Source of the DNA: Harriotta raleighana
Lineage: Eukaryota
Reading direction: 5' to 3'
Length of the DNA: 64,000 bases
Assembly (NCBI GenBank): GCA_050575255.1
Contig: JBNZDD010013730.1
Location: forward strand, 9,022,381-9,086,380
The position numbers and the translations under genes were made by a program. Positions 44,443 through 56,494 of the stretch are shown one piece after another. Below the pieces are notes generated by a model. The model was not told the origin of the DNA. It made no database searches and was given only the letters and a program-made list of their open reading frames with translations. Position 1 is the stretch's first letter. Every line of letters starts with the position of its first letter.

Positions 44443-46003
44443 ATATTCTTGTGTTTTGCTTATTAACCCAAGTCTTAGATTTATCTATGAAGAACTTATT
44501 CAAAGAGATAAGATGGATGTTATGAGGTGGACAGTAGGGTACAGTGGATTGGACTTTGTGCACTAAATGGCTTTCTCTTGTTCTATCTTCCTTACAGTTA
44601 TGATGGGAATGACAGAGCAACAGAAAAAGTTGCAGACTGACACACAGTGTAGTGTAGTGCAGTGTAGTTTGTAATGTGAAACATATTGAAGTAGCATAAT
44701 GCAAACACAGATAATACAAAATGATCCAAGAGTACTTTTTCTGATTTAGATGAATGATGCAGCAGAGTCGGAGGATGTGTAAAGTATAATGTGAAATGAC
44801 ACAGAAAGTCAATGAATTTAGCTTCTACTAGGATTTGAAATGACAGTGATTTATGAGCTAATTCTCATTGACAAATTGCAGCTTTTAAAATTTAATTTCC
44901 AAAAATAAATACAGTATTCAATTTTCAATAATGTTTAAACTACATCCTTATCTCCCCTTCAATATTCACTTCATTTTCATTCATAATATTGGGGTTTCCA
45001 AATTTAAAATCTTTAGATGTTGAAAAGCATCACTGTAGGTTTTGCAAGATAGTCCTTCAGAACCTATAATTCTTGCTTCTAAACAAAAATGATACAATAG
45101 AAAACAAGACACCCTTGGATTGATAAACTGTACATGTTCAGCATGGTTTGCTAATTTGGGCATTAGTTGAATCATTAAAATAAATTCTATTGCCCCAAAT
45201 TAACAAATAATATATATTTTTTTTTTAAATCGTGCACACAGATTTGCACCCGTTAAAATATTCCAGATATGTGCACCTTTGATGAAATCTTTGTCACTAT
45301 TGTATTTTATAACACTGGATGGTACAATAGGTGAATTCAGTTTATACAAAAATATATTCACTTAGAATTGTCATTTAGCTGAACAATGCTAAATGTTAGC
45401 AGTCCATAACAAAAGAAAGTGATTATCGTATTCATGATACATTGCAAAAGAAGACAACTACAACAAACGTTCAGTGTACATTCAGCCACCACACAATGTC
45501 ACGGGAATACTGAAGCTGTTCTGAAATAATATGATCAATTGAAAAATAGTGCCAGAAAGGCAAACTACAATATGTATAGAAAACCTGGCTCGTGCTAATG
45601 TCTCTATGAGCTGTCAACTGCTGATCATTGCCATAGATAATGATATATCCAGGAAAATACATTTGCAAAAACACCTGAACTATTTTAAAATTATTTAAAA
45701 AATAAGATTATATTTCAGATATTGGGAACATATTATATTTTGAATCAAACACTTTGTAAATAACTGGAGAAGCATAGTTTTCTGTTCTTTCATAGTTTGC
45801 TGTAACCACTGTGTGAAAGGTACTCTACGAATAATAATAATCCTTGTATTTGATATAGTGCAGCTTTGAGATATCTCGTAATTTTATATTCTATGTTAAT
45901 ATGTCAACCTACAATCCAAACCTTGGGACAAGAAATGAGCCCCTACCTATATATTTAAACTTAATGCAAACATAACGAATTATTTCCAAAGCTTTTTAAT
46001 GGG

Positions 46004-46085
46004 AACATATGTAGATTATAACAAGCTGTTATAAGGTTAAAACATATGTAGATTTATAACAAGCTGTTATAAGGTTAAAACATAT
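46004..46085. repeat. Tandem duplication of a 37-38 bp unit containing a palindrome
   Basis: aacatatgtagatt(t)ataacaagctgttataaggttaa x2. Confidence 0.85.
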
Positions 46086-46538
46086 TGAAACAAACTCACA
46101 CCTTTTGAGAAAGAATGAGACTGCAAATTTATTTATGCTCATAGAAAATGTGATAGAATTTGAATCCATTTTCATTGAAATGGACCTATCTCTTTAACTT
46201 TTTGAAAAGCTTTCACTTGCATTGTATATATTGTAAGACCGGTGCAACTATTTAAAATACATCACAGATGTTTCCAAATGCTGAACAACTAAACATAGTG
46301 TTGGGAGCCTCCTCTCCCCCCTTTCCTTTTTGACCAAACAAGCGCATACTGAGAACATCTGTAAAGTAACACCACAATTGTCAGAATTTTTCATTTGCAG
46401 ATGTGCTAAAGTTGACTATATTTGCATTGTTTAATACGGGGACGCCTGGTAAATTCTTGGCTGTTTGTAGCCGCATCTCTAAGTGTATCCATTGGCTGTT
46501 TTCCTGACAAAGTGTGAGAGCAAAATACAATGGCTTAC

Positions 46539-46680
46539 CTTCCAACTTCATTCCAACGCTCAGGCATTTCTGAAAGCGACAGTATGGACACCTTTTCCGC
46601 TGAGTTTTATCGATCTGACAGTTCTGGTTTTCTATACAAGTGTACCTTTTGTTATTTTGAACTGTGCGTTTGAAGAACCC
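46539..46680 (-). CDS. NR5A2: NR5A2 second zinc-finger exon, 142 nt: [47 protein letters not shown]
   Basis: Manual translation of the minus strand; acceptor ctcttttAG|GGG, donor GAAG|GTAAGC; phase 0 in, phase 1 out. Not shown in the ORF track. Confidence 0.97.
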
Positions 46681-47427
46681 CTAAAAGAGGAGGGNGGGGG
46701 GAGGAGGGGGGGGGGGGGGGGGGGGAGGCAGGGAAAAAAATGCTCTATGTGAGTGATGAGAAAGCAATGATTTCCTTCGCACCCACACCCCCCACAGCCC
46801 ACCCCCCAAAGATACCTAAAGCAATGAAGGGCTTTAATAACTGCAGACTTAATCAGTTTTGCGAGGCATCGACGCTTGTGAAACGACTGTCAAAATTGAT
46901 GAAATAATCCTCACACGTGTATGTGTGTGTGTGGGTGTGTGTGGCTGTGAAAAAGAGAGCGTCATTTGAGTTTTGTAAATCAGAATTGTAACACGGTCAC
47001 AGATTTATCTGGACTCAGTTCAGATGCTGGGAATTTTACTGTGTGATCAATAAAGCCGACTGAAGCAAATGCGACTGAAAAATAAACGCTTCACAAGTTG
47101 GTCAACGCTTCACAAGCAAGTTTGTCAATTGGATTGGTTTTTTTAGAGAGGGGGTTTNNNNNNNNNNNNNNNNNNNNNNNNNNNNNNNNNNNNNNNNNNN
47201 NNNNNNNGGGGGGGGGGGGGGGGGGTAGCAGGTGGAAATCATTCTACAATTTTAAACGTATTCTTTCTTTTCAGACCAGTTTGACGACAGTGAGACAGAC
47301 ATACACATACACACACACACACACACATACATACACACACACATGGGAGAAAGGGCTGACTGACTGGGAGTCCAAAATCCTAATGCAAGCAATATCAATA
47401 TGCTCAAATATCTAGTAAGTGTGTGTG

Positions 47428-47459
<32 letters not shown>

Positions 47460-47728
47460 CGGCGAGGCGAGGGGTTCATTTAAATTTGTCATTAGAAAAA
47501 AAACTATTTAAAAAAAAACGCATTGATCAAATCTGTCCTTATTTCACGAAAGATTNNNNNNNNNNNNNNNNNNNNNNNNNNNNNNNNNNNNNNNNNNNNN
47601 NNNNNNNNNNNNNNNNNNNNNNNNNNNNNNNNNNNNNNNNNNNNNNNNNNNNNNNNNNNNNNNNNNNNNNNNNNNNNNNNNNNNNNNNNNNNNNNNNNNN
47701 NNNNNNNNNNNNNNNNNNNNNNNNNNAG

Positions 47729-47956
<228 letters not shown>

Positions 47957-49073
47957 TCAGAAGCACTTTGGGAAATAGTCAATTGTAATTACACAGTGTC
48001 GGGGTGTAAATCAGTCCCGCTATGAATACACCATCGATCGAGGGGACAAATCCAGGATTTATTAATTTCCCACTGAGACACCAACAACCTGGGAGCATCT
48101 GAAACAGCAGCAAAATGATGGGAGGGGAGATGGGTGGGTGGGGAGGGAGGGGGGTGGAGTGTGGGTGGGGGGAGGTTTGCTCAGACCGAGGCAAATCCTA
48201 ACCATTAAAAGGATTAATGATCAGCGAATAATAAGAGCTGTGTAGTATTAACGCAGATTAGTTATCATATAAGACAGCGGAGGAAGGTGGGGGTGGTCAG
48301 AGATGGGGGTGGGGAGGGGGGGACACACACAAATGAAATCGTGCATTGTATATTAAAGTTAACGCACCTGATGAAACCGACGGATTCAANCCTGAGGCGT
48401 TTGATGGGAGTTCTGTTCAATATATAATTCCTAATCATCATAATAAGTACATTGCTTCCTCTATGTATAATTGCCTTCATCTCCTCAAGATACATTTATT
48501 CCACCCCCCAATTTTTTTTGGGGGGGGAAACAAACCGTACTTATAAAACAGGCTTCATCGAATCGCTCTAATTTCACTANCCACTAAGCTCTCGTTCGAT
48601 TTCAGAAACTCGGGCAAGCGGGGGCGATGGGTTTTCTCTGCAACTCAGACTGACTTCAGGAGCTTGGCGTCAGCGAATAGATCACTGCAATAAAATGCAA
48701 AGAACTTTTTGTTAAAAAAAAGTAATTTTGAGGGGGTGGGGGATAAANNNNNNNNNNNNNNNNNNNNNNNNNNNNNNNNNNNNNNNNNNNNNNNNNNNNN
48801 NNNNNNNNNNNNNNNNNNNNNNNNNNNNNNNNNNNNNNNNNNNNNNNNNNNNNNNNNNNNNNNNNNNNNNNNNNNNNNNNNNNNNNNNNNNNNNNNNNNN
48901 NNAGAGATAAACGTACAAAATTCTGAACAATTGCAAACGTGTTCTGTCTCCCCCCCCCCCCCCCNNNNNNNNNNNNNNNNNNNNNNNNNNNNNNNNNNNN
49001 NNNNNNNNNNNNNNNNNNNNNNNNNNNNNNNNNNNNNNNNNNNNNNNNNNNNNNNNNNNNNNNNNNNNCCCCC

Positions 49074-49104
<31 letters not shown>

Positions 49105-52100
49105 ATTTTGTTAGCTTGTGGGACTGCGCATTGCGCGCACTGGGCAAGGGACAGTGTGGGATTCTGATACTTTCTGACACATCGATTAGAAATTGAAGGG
49201 ATGCGCATTTATTTTCTCCCCCATCCCCTCCCTTCAGAATCGGTTGCATTTTTTGTCACATCTCTAGAGGAGGTTTGGGGAGGGGGTGGTGGTGTGTGTG
49301 GGGGGGGAGGGTGAAAAAACAGCCTGGAATTTGCTAAAGTATTAAAAGAAAACGATCACGTTATCAGTCCTCTCTGCTCTCTCAGTTCTAGCGCTTTTAA
49401 TTCTCTGCTATTGAACTGCCCAGCACTTTTAAGCATGATCATAATTCGATATGCCATAGAAATCTTGGCCATTCATTCATTCATTCATTCCTGTGAGATT
49501 TCCAAAGTTATATTCCCACGTTACGCTTTAGTTGTCGGAAGAGTTAACTCATAAAATTGCGCAAAGACAGTAAAAAAAAACAAATTTTGTTTTACTCTAG
49601 GTATCGTTTATACAATGAAATGTGCTGAGACGGAAAACAAAAACAGACTGATCAAGGTGTATTATTTACTAAGTATAACTCGTCTCTTGCCTTTCTATCC
49701 CTGGGAGTAACGTGAGCAGAGATTTGGTCATTCGCATCTTGGTTTGGTAAGGTGAGATTCAGTGACTGATCACTTGTTTTTTTTGTGTTGGCGGTGAAAG
49801 TGGGGAGAGGGGGGGAAGGGAGAGAGGGGGGCAAAACAATTTCAGCAAAAGTTGCCAGATCCCCTCACCTTTACGTCTCTCTCTCTCTCTCCCTGCCCAC
49901 TGAAAAGCTGCAGTCAATGGTAGTAGCAGCATTAAAGCGCCCACAGGGTTGCAGGAACAGGTATAAAGCATACAGTCTTGGATTGGGAGAGGGAGGGAGG
50001 GGGCAATATTTATTCTATGGTCTATTTTGCAATACAGCATTGCCCACAATTGTCTGGCATTTAGTTCATTGGCGGATTGGCTCCTGGTACTTTAACTTAC
50101 AAGGGGAAAATTGAGGGGAGAACTGGGTGGGGGAGGGGTGGGGAGAAGAAGTGGGGAGGGAATCGAGCTAGATTTTAACGAGTGCCTACAACTAGAGAAT
50201 CTGTACGGCCTACAAGGTGGAACTGTTCCTTGTCCTGTCAAGGAAATTCAAAATCTTCACCCTCTACCATTAGAATCTGGAATATCTCGTTTCCTGAGGC
50301 GTTTGATGGGAGTTCTGTTCAATATATAATTCCTAATCATCATAATAAGTACATTGCTTCCTCTATGTATAATTGCCTTCATCTCCTCAAGATACATTTA
50401 TTCCACCCCCCAATTTTTTTTGGGGGGGNNNNNNNNNNNNNNNNNNNNNNNNNNNNNNNNNNNNNNNNNNNNNNNNNNNNNNNNNNNNNNNNNNNNNNNN
50501 NNNNNNNNNNNNNNNNNNNNNNNNNNNNNNNNNNNNNNNNNNNNNNNNNNNNNNNNNNNNNNNNNNNNNNNNNNNNNNNNNNNNNNNNNNNNNNNNNNNN
50601 NNNNNNNNNNNNNNNNNNNNNNNNNNNNNNNNNNNNNNNNNNNNNNNNNNNNNNNNNNNNNNNNNNNNNNNNNNNNNNNNNNNNNNNNNNNNNNNNNNNN
50701 NNNNNNNNNNNNNNNNNNNNNNNNNNNNNNNNNNNNNNNNNNNNNNNNNNNNNNNNNNNNNNNNNNNNNNNNNNNNNNNNNNNNNNNNNNNNNNNNNNNN
50801 NNNNNNNNNNNNNNNNNNNNNNNNNNNNNNNNNNNNNNNNNNNNNNNNNNNNNNNNNNNNNNNNNNNNNNNNNNNNNNNNNNNNNNNNNNNNNNNNNNNN
50901 NNNNNNNNNNNNNNNNNNNNNNNNNNNNNNNNNNNNNNNNNNNNNNNNNNNNNNNNNNNNNNNNNACAACAAAAAAACAATTTCACACACACACAAAAAA
51001 AATCCCTGACGTTGGATTCTTACGAAACCGAAGAGCTGAACAAAGGCAAACGGATTGTAGGACAGGTGACGCCTTTCATCCAGTTAGACTGCTTTGGTGT
51101 CTGCCTTCAGCTTGTTTTTTATATATATATATATATATATTTGGGGACACAAATGTGTAAGAGAACTCCCAAGTATTTATCAAGTAACTTCAGTCTAATA
51201 GTTTTCTCCACAGAGCAGCCACACACACTCTTGTCTACAACACAAGGCAATTCCTCTGGCTTTACATGCGATGCTAACTCCGCTCCCACTCCCACTGTTT
51301 GTTCCCTTGTTCTATTTCCAGAACAATTTGAACGGGCTATTTCTGTATCTTGTTATTTTTATGGGTATTGTAACCGTTCTGAATTAAAGTTGTCGGGATT
51401 AACAGACACGTGCGCTTACTGGTGCTGCAGTAAGAACAGAAATAAACAGCTGTTTTCTAAAGTCTTTCACTGGGGGGGGGGGGGGGGGGGGGNTGATTTT
51501 TTGCTGGACTCGATTATCCGCGAACAGTCACTCAAAACGGTGCATCTATGTGCGTTTCGCGTAAAACGAGTCGATAAGATACCCGACTGTTTTAACCCAC
51601 AGGTGTGGCTTTTTAGTATTTTAGTTGACATTAAACCAGTCTGATCTGATCTGTCAACTCGAAATAGCTAAAGTGCAATTCAGACCCGGCGCAAGTGTAT
51701 GCCAAACGCCAAAATAAATGCTCTCAAGGCATTTAATTAATAACTGCAGCTGAAACTCGTCGTGCATAATATCCGAAACACCGCGCGTGAATAAGATTCA
51801 ACTTGGGATTCGAGTCGAAAAAGCGTCCTGAACAGTGGGAGAAAACATCCCAAAGCGGGGTGTCCAAACGCGGCGGGTAACGTAACATCGAGTTAAAATG
51901 CGCAGTGTCACGGCACTTCGACAGCTCATTACTCAAGGCATTTTGGGCGAGTGAAACATTTCGTAGCGAAAAGTAAAAATAAATGTTAAAATGCAAAAGT
52001 GGAGTGCATTTTGACACGGTGCAAGGAATGCAACTCGATGGGATTCCACTTGTTACCTTTCGTACAATAAATACTCTTCAGATTATTATTCCACCAGCCC

Positions 52101-53662
52101 CCCCACCCCCCACCTCACCTCCCCACCACCACCCACTCCTCCTCCTACGAGAGATAGAGAAAAAAAGAGCCGATGGGGGTTGCAATATCCATCCATTCAA
52201 TAGTGCAGTTCACAATGTAACACACCGACCGGATAATTAGTCACAGCATTTCACGTGGGTGGGGGAGCTAATCGCTAGAAATACCAATCGCTAGATACCT
52301 CTTATCTGTACGAAACTCGAGAAACATTGACTCGGCAATGTGGCCCCTTCTCCCTCTGCTTTTTGACGCAGTGTGGACGGAGTTTTTAAAAGTAAGAAAA
52401 ATAATAATGATTTCAGTACTTTTCCAAAATTTGCAACCTCTACATTTGGAGCGTCTGGAGGGGAGGAGGAGAGGGAGGGGTGGGGTGGGGGAGGGGTGGT
52501 GGGGTGGGGTGGGGGGGGGGGGCTTGACTTTTAGTTTAATTTTAAACGTATTTGAAGTTTGTATTTTAGAAGGGGGGAAAAAAAAACTTTGCTTTAAGTC
52601 AGATTCATTCGATATTTGTATTCTCTCAACAAAGTTACAGATGCGAAGCTGGTTGTACTCTGATTGGTGGGTCTGTCTCCACAATTAGACGTGGAGTGGA
52701 TTTTTTTCTGAGCAGGGAAATAAAACACTTAAAACTCGATTTTTGAACACAAGGAAAGCTGCCCATTTCCCCCCCAAGAAACAGGCCAGTGTGAACTCTC
52801 TTTACAGTCGCTTTTGCTGTCAACAAATTCGAAGCACCTTTGGAAAAAATCAAAACGTCTGCACTTTCTGTAGTTACGTCAGAACATCTCTCTCTGTCTC
52901 TCTATCTATCTGCTGTTGTTGTGAAATGGGACATGTAAGTTTATCCGCTTCTCAGTAAACACAGACACAACCAACCATCCGCCAACTCACAACCCACGAA
53001 GCAGGATTCTCTTCCTACTGTAAAACATTTGCTAAAGGACACCCCCCCCCCCCAGCCCAATGCCTTTAAATGCTTCATTGAAAGCATTTAAATGAAGCAT
53101 TTAGGCTGCAGCCTTTGCAAACTGTTTGGTCTGGAGTTTAGCTTAGCTGTCACTTTGATTTCCTGATGATCCCGCATATATACACACATATATATATGAG
53201 ATATATAACATTCTCCCAACACGAACCGATTATAAGATTGCAATACAGAGGGTTGCTCTCCAGGCTTATCGCAGCTGTAGGTAAAAATCGCCGCACATTA
53301 TTGTCTTCCAATCGCCACACGTCAAACAATGTGAATTGCCTGTATCATTGCATACCAGTCGCTAAATCGGGTCCCAAGTCACACTGATTGTCCGAATAGC
53401 CCATTATATACCCCATTAGCATTGCACGCCCATGTTCAAAGTAAGAAAAACAGAAGACACGCCGGTACTGGATAAGTTGACACACATCTTAAAACTGTCC
53501 CAACACGCAGTTTGTCACCGGGACAGACATACACACACACACAGACATAGACACATACACACACATACACTGTCGGCACTATCGGTATGTGGCAGAAGAG
53601 CTCCCGTTAAAATAAAGTCAATCAATCCGGATCATTCAACACAATGCGCTCACTTCGCTTAC

Positions 53663-53772
53663 CGCGCATCGTATCCGGCATCTGATCCCGTTCCCCGTAC
53701 GATCGAGCTACAAACACCGATGTATTCTGCCTTTGCCTGGGGCAGCATGACACTTAAATCTTATTCAAAACG
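53663..53772 (-). other. NR5A2: Homolog of NR5A2 exon 2 (A/B domain 'MLPKVE..ARSHGEQGQMP'), frameshifted as assembled; probably 5'UTR/uORF
   Basis: GTCATGCTGCCC start at 53748 gives MLPQAKAEYIG, and the +1 frame gives VARSYGERDQMPDTMR. Donor G|GTAAGC at 53662; acceptor ctcccAG at 53773-53774 with a CTAAC branch point about 33 nt upstream. Confidence 0.75.
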
Positions 53773-54092
53773 CTGGGAGTAGGGTGGAGGGTGTAGGGTG
53801 GATAGGTTAGGGGTGGGGGGTGGGAGGGGGGGGGGGCCTGGGAGGGCGACACTTCATCCAGAGGCAAAGCAGAAAGAGAGGACCTGAACCGGGGTTAACA
53901 GCCAGCTGGGGGCGGGGGGAGGGGGCGGGGGGGAGAGGGGGTGGGAGGTGTTGGTGGAGCAATATTGACTTAAAAGAGAAGCTGCAAAGCTGGATCGAGC
54001 ATCAAAGCACACACACACATACTCACACTCACTCACACACGTACAGAGATCGACAAGGGTTTTTCTGTGTTAGTACATGATTTTTTTTTTAC

Positions 54093-54335
54093 CTACGATG
54101 TGGACTCGTCATTTCCCTGGGTCAGGCCGGGCACACGGAGTGATTCTGGTGTTGTGTGGACTGCACGGTGTTGTGTGGGAAGTTCGAACCTCCCCATATC
54201 CTCCTCACTCAACCCGCGCTTTCCCAGCCCTTCATCAACTGGCGACTTGGGAGCGAACCGTCCAATGGACTGTCTCCCAGAGTCTATCAGCACTTTAGGT
54301 GAACCAGTGAGAAAGCATTGACAACCAACCAGCTC
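54093..54335 (-). other. Candidate non-coding upstream exon of NR5A2 (5' boundary unknown)
   Basis: Complex CpG-containing block between low-complexity tracts, ending in a donor TAG|GTAAAA at 54092, which would give a 320-nt intron to the exon-2 acceptor. Confidence 0.35.
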
Positions 54336-55794
54336 CTCCCTTCCTCCCCCCCCCCCACCCTCTCTCTCTCTCTCCTCTCCCCCCNNNNNNNNNNNNNNNN
54401 NNNNNNNNNNNNNNNNNNNCCCCCCCCCCCCCCCCCCCCCATCCCTCGCCCCCCCACCACCCTCCCCACACACCCCCCCCCGCACCCCTCCCCATCACAT
54501 ACACACACTCACACCAACACCCCCCCCAAACACACCGTCTCCGAAACTATTAACATTCCTCCTGGGATAGGAGATCACAAAATCAATTCCTAATAGATAA
54601 TACTGACTGCCTCCCAACCCCCCCACCCCCCCCCCCCCCCCACCACCTCTCTCCCTCCACTATACGCGATTCTATTGATCACAGGTCAGTGGATAACGCT
54701 GCGATCTGTGGGAACAAATACATCTCTGAAGAAGCATGTTGTTGTTGTTGTTTTTGTTGTTGTTGTTGCTTGACTCGTAGCGACCGGGTGCTAAAGTGAA
54801 TAGGTTGCTAACATCTGGAGTCACTACAAAACGGAACATCACTGTGTCTAAATCTACGTGAAAGCCTCACCGGAGCTCTCAAACGCGCAGTTGTCGTTCT
54901 CTATGTTTGTATGTATGTATGTAGGTGTGTGTGTGTGTGTGTGTGTACAGCATATAGAGATGGAATGAAGATCTCGCGTTGGGAGAGGCAGCAGCAGTTA
55001 CTGAACAGGTATGGGAGCAAAGTGTAGGTGTTGAACATCCCAGATTGGCTGGAACATGTCAACGCTGTGTTCTTAGGAACCCGTTGTGAGGCGAGGGTAG
55101 AGCAAAGGAATAGTTCCCCATCCCTCCCCTCCAGGTGTCTCCCTGAGTATTGCAATAACTTGGGACCAAAGCAAAAACGATCTGGAATCTCCAAAACTCA
55201 GACGTGTGTTTTTGTTATACACACACACACACACACAGAGGCACTTTTTGATGTACCGGCATTTCTGAAACGTGACACGATATTAGCCTAAAATATGATA
55301 AGTGATGACACACAGAAAGCCAAAGGATTCTAGTTGCACCCAAATATCACCCAAGTGTTGTTGACTCTGAAATCCAATGCAAAATACAAACGGATTCGCG
55401 CGTCTTGGGGGGGGGTTTCCTTCGACTGGAAAGCTTGCCGCCGAAGTTAATCATTTTATTCAAGTGTAAACTACAAGCTGAGCTGCCTTGCCCCAAAGAG
55501 GAGCAGAAAAAATTCCACCTCATCTTTTTCACACCTGGTAACTCGCGGGCGTTTTTGTCATAAAGCCCTGGCTCTCAGGGCAATATTTATAAGATTTCTC
55601 TATCACAATCTCCCCACCCACCCCCCACCCCCCCCATACACACACACACACATACAGACCACCCCAAATAATAAAAGCTCAATCAATGGTCCTGTAGCGA
55701 TCACTTGAATTCACCCAACTCAAGTTATGAATTAGGATTTTGAGTAGAAAGTTCCCATTTCATTTAAGAGATGCTTCTGTCAGTATTCACTTTG

Positions 55795-55892
55795 AAACTA
55801 ACTAACTCACTCACTCAACTCACTCACTCAACTCACTCACTCACTCAAATCAATCACTCACTCACCTAACTAAACTAACTAAACTAACTAAC
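55795..55892. repeat. Compound (ACTA)/(ACTC) tetranucleotide microsatellite
   Basis: Directly visible. Confidence 0.85.
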
Positions 55893-56069
55893 GCCGCAAC
55901 CTTGACCCAGAGAAAGATCTTTCCCTGAGCTAGAGCAGTTGTGTGTGATGTACCTTTTACATCTCTGGGCCAGGCACCTTCATCTCCCGAGTTAAGAGCA
56001 AAACAAGAGACAGCGTGTTCGGATGCGTCCTCTTCTCAAACAGTCGCCGGTCGGTGTAGTTAGTTATTG

Positions 56070-56200
56070 GGTGTTGCTCGCAAATATTAAGCAATACCGT
56101 CTCGATTCCACCGGCAATGTCATCCCCCTTCTCCTCGACGTCCCTGGTTCTTGACAACAACGGGCTGTTTGTGGCAATTAACGTTTGATATTAACCTCTA

Positions 56201-56232
<32 letters not shown>

Positions 56233-56415
56233 GTGTGTGTGTGTGTATTCGATAAGAACGATTCATATTATTGAAGGGAGCTCNGGTGTTGCTCGCAAAT
56301 ATTAAGCAATACCGTCTCGATTCCACCGGCAATGTCATCCCCCTTCTCCTCGACGTCCCTGGTTCTTGACAACAACGGGCTGTTTGTGGCAATTAACGTT
56401 TGATATTAACCTCTA

Positions 56416-56448
<33 letters not shown>

Positions 56449-56494
56449 TGTGTGTGTATTCGATAAGAACGATTCATATTATTGAAGGGAGCTC
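56070..56494. repeat. ~213-bp direct duplication around a single N (probable allelic assembly artefact)
   Basis: 56070-56283 is repeated at 56285-56494; the copies differ only in the GT tract. Confidence 0.85.

Noticed and set aside
48368-48390. CTGATGA followed by a small stem as a hammerhead (also 29513, 32104, 63131)
   Set aside because: No properly placed GAAA box or closing stems.
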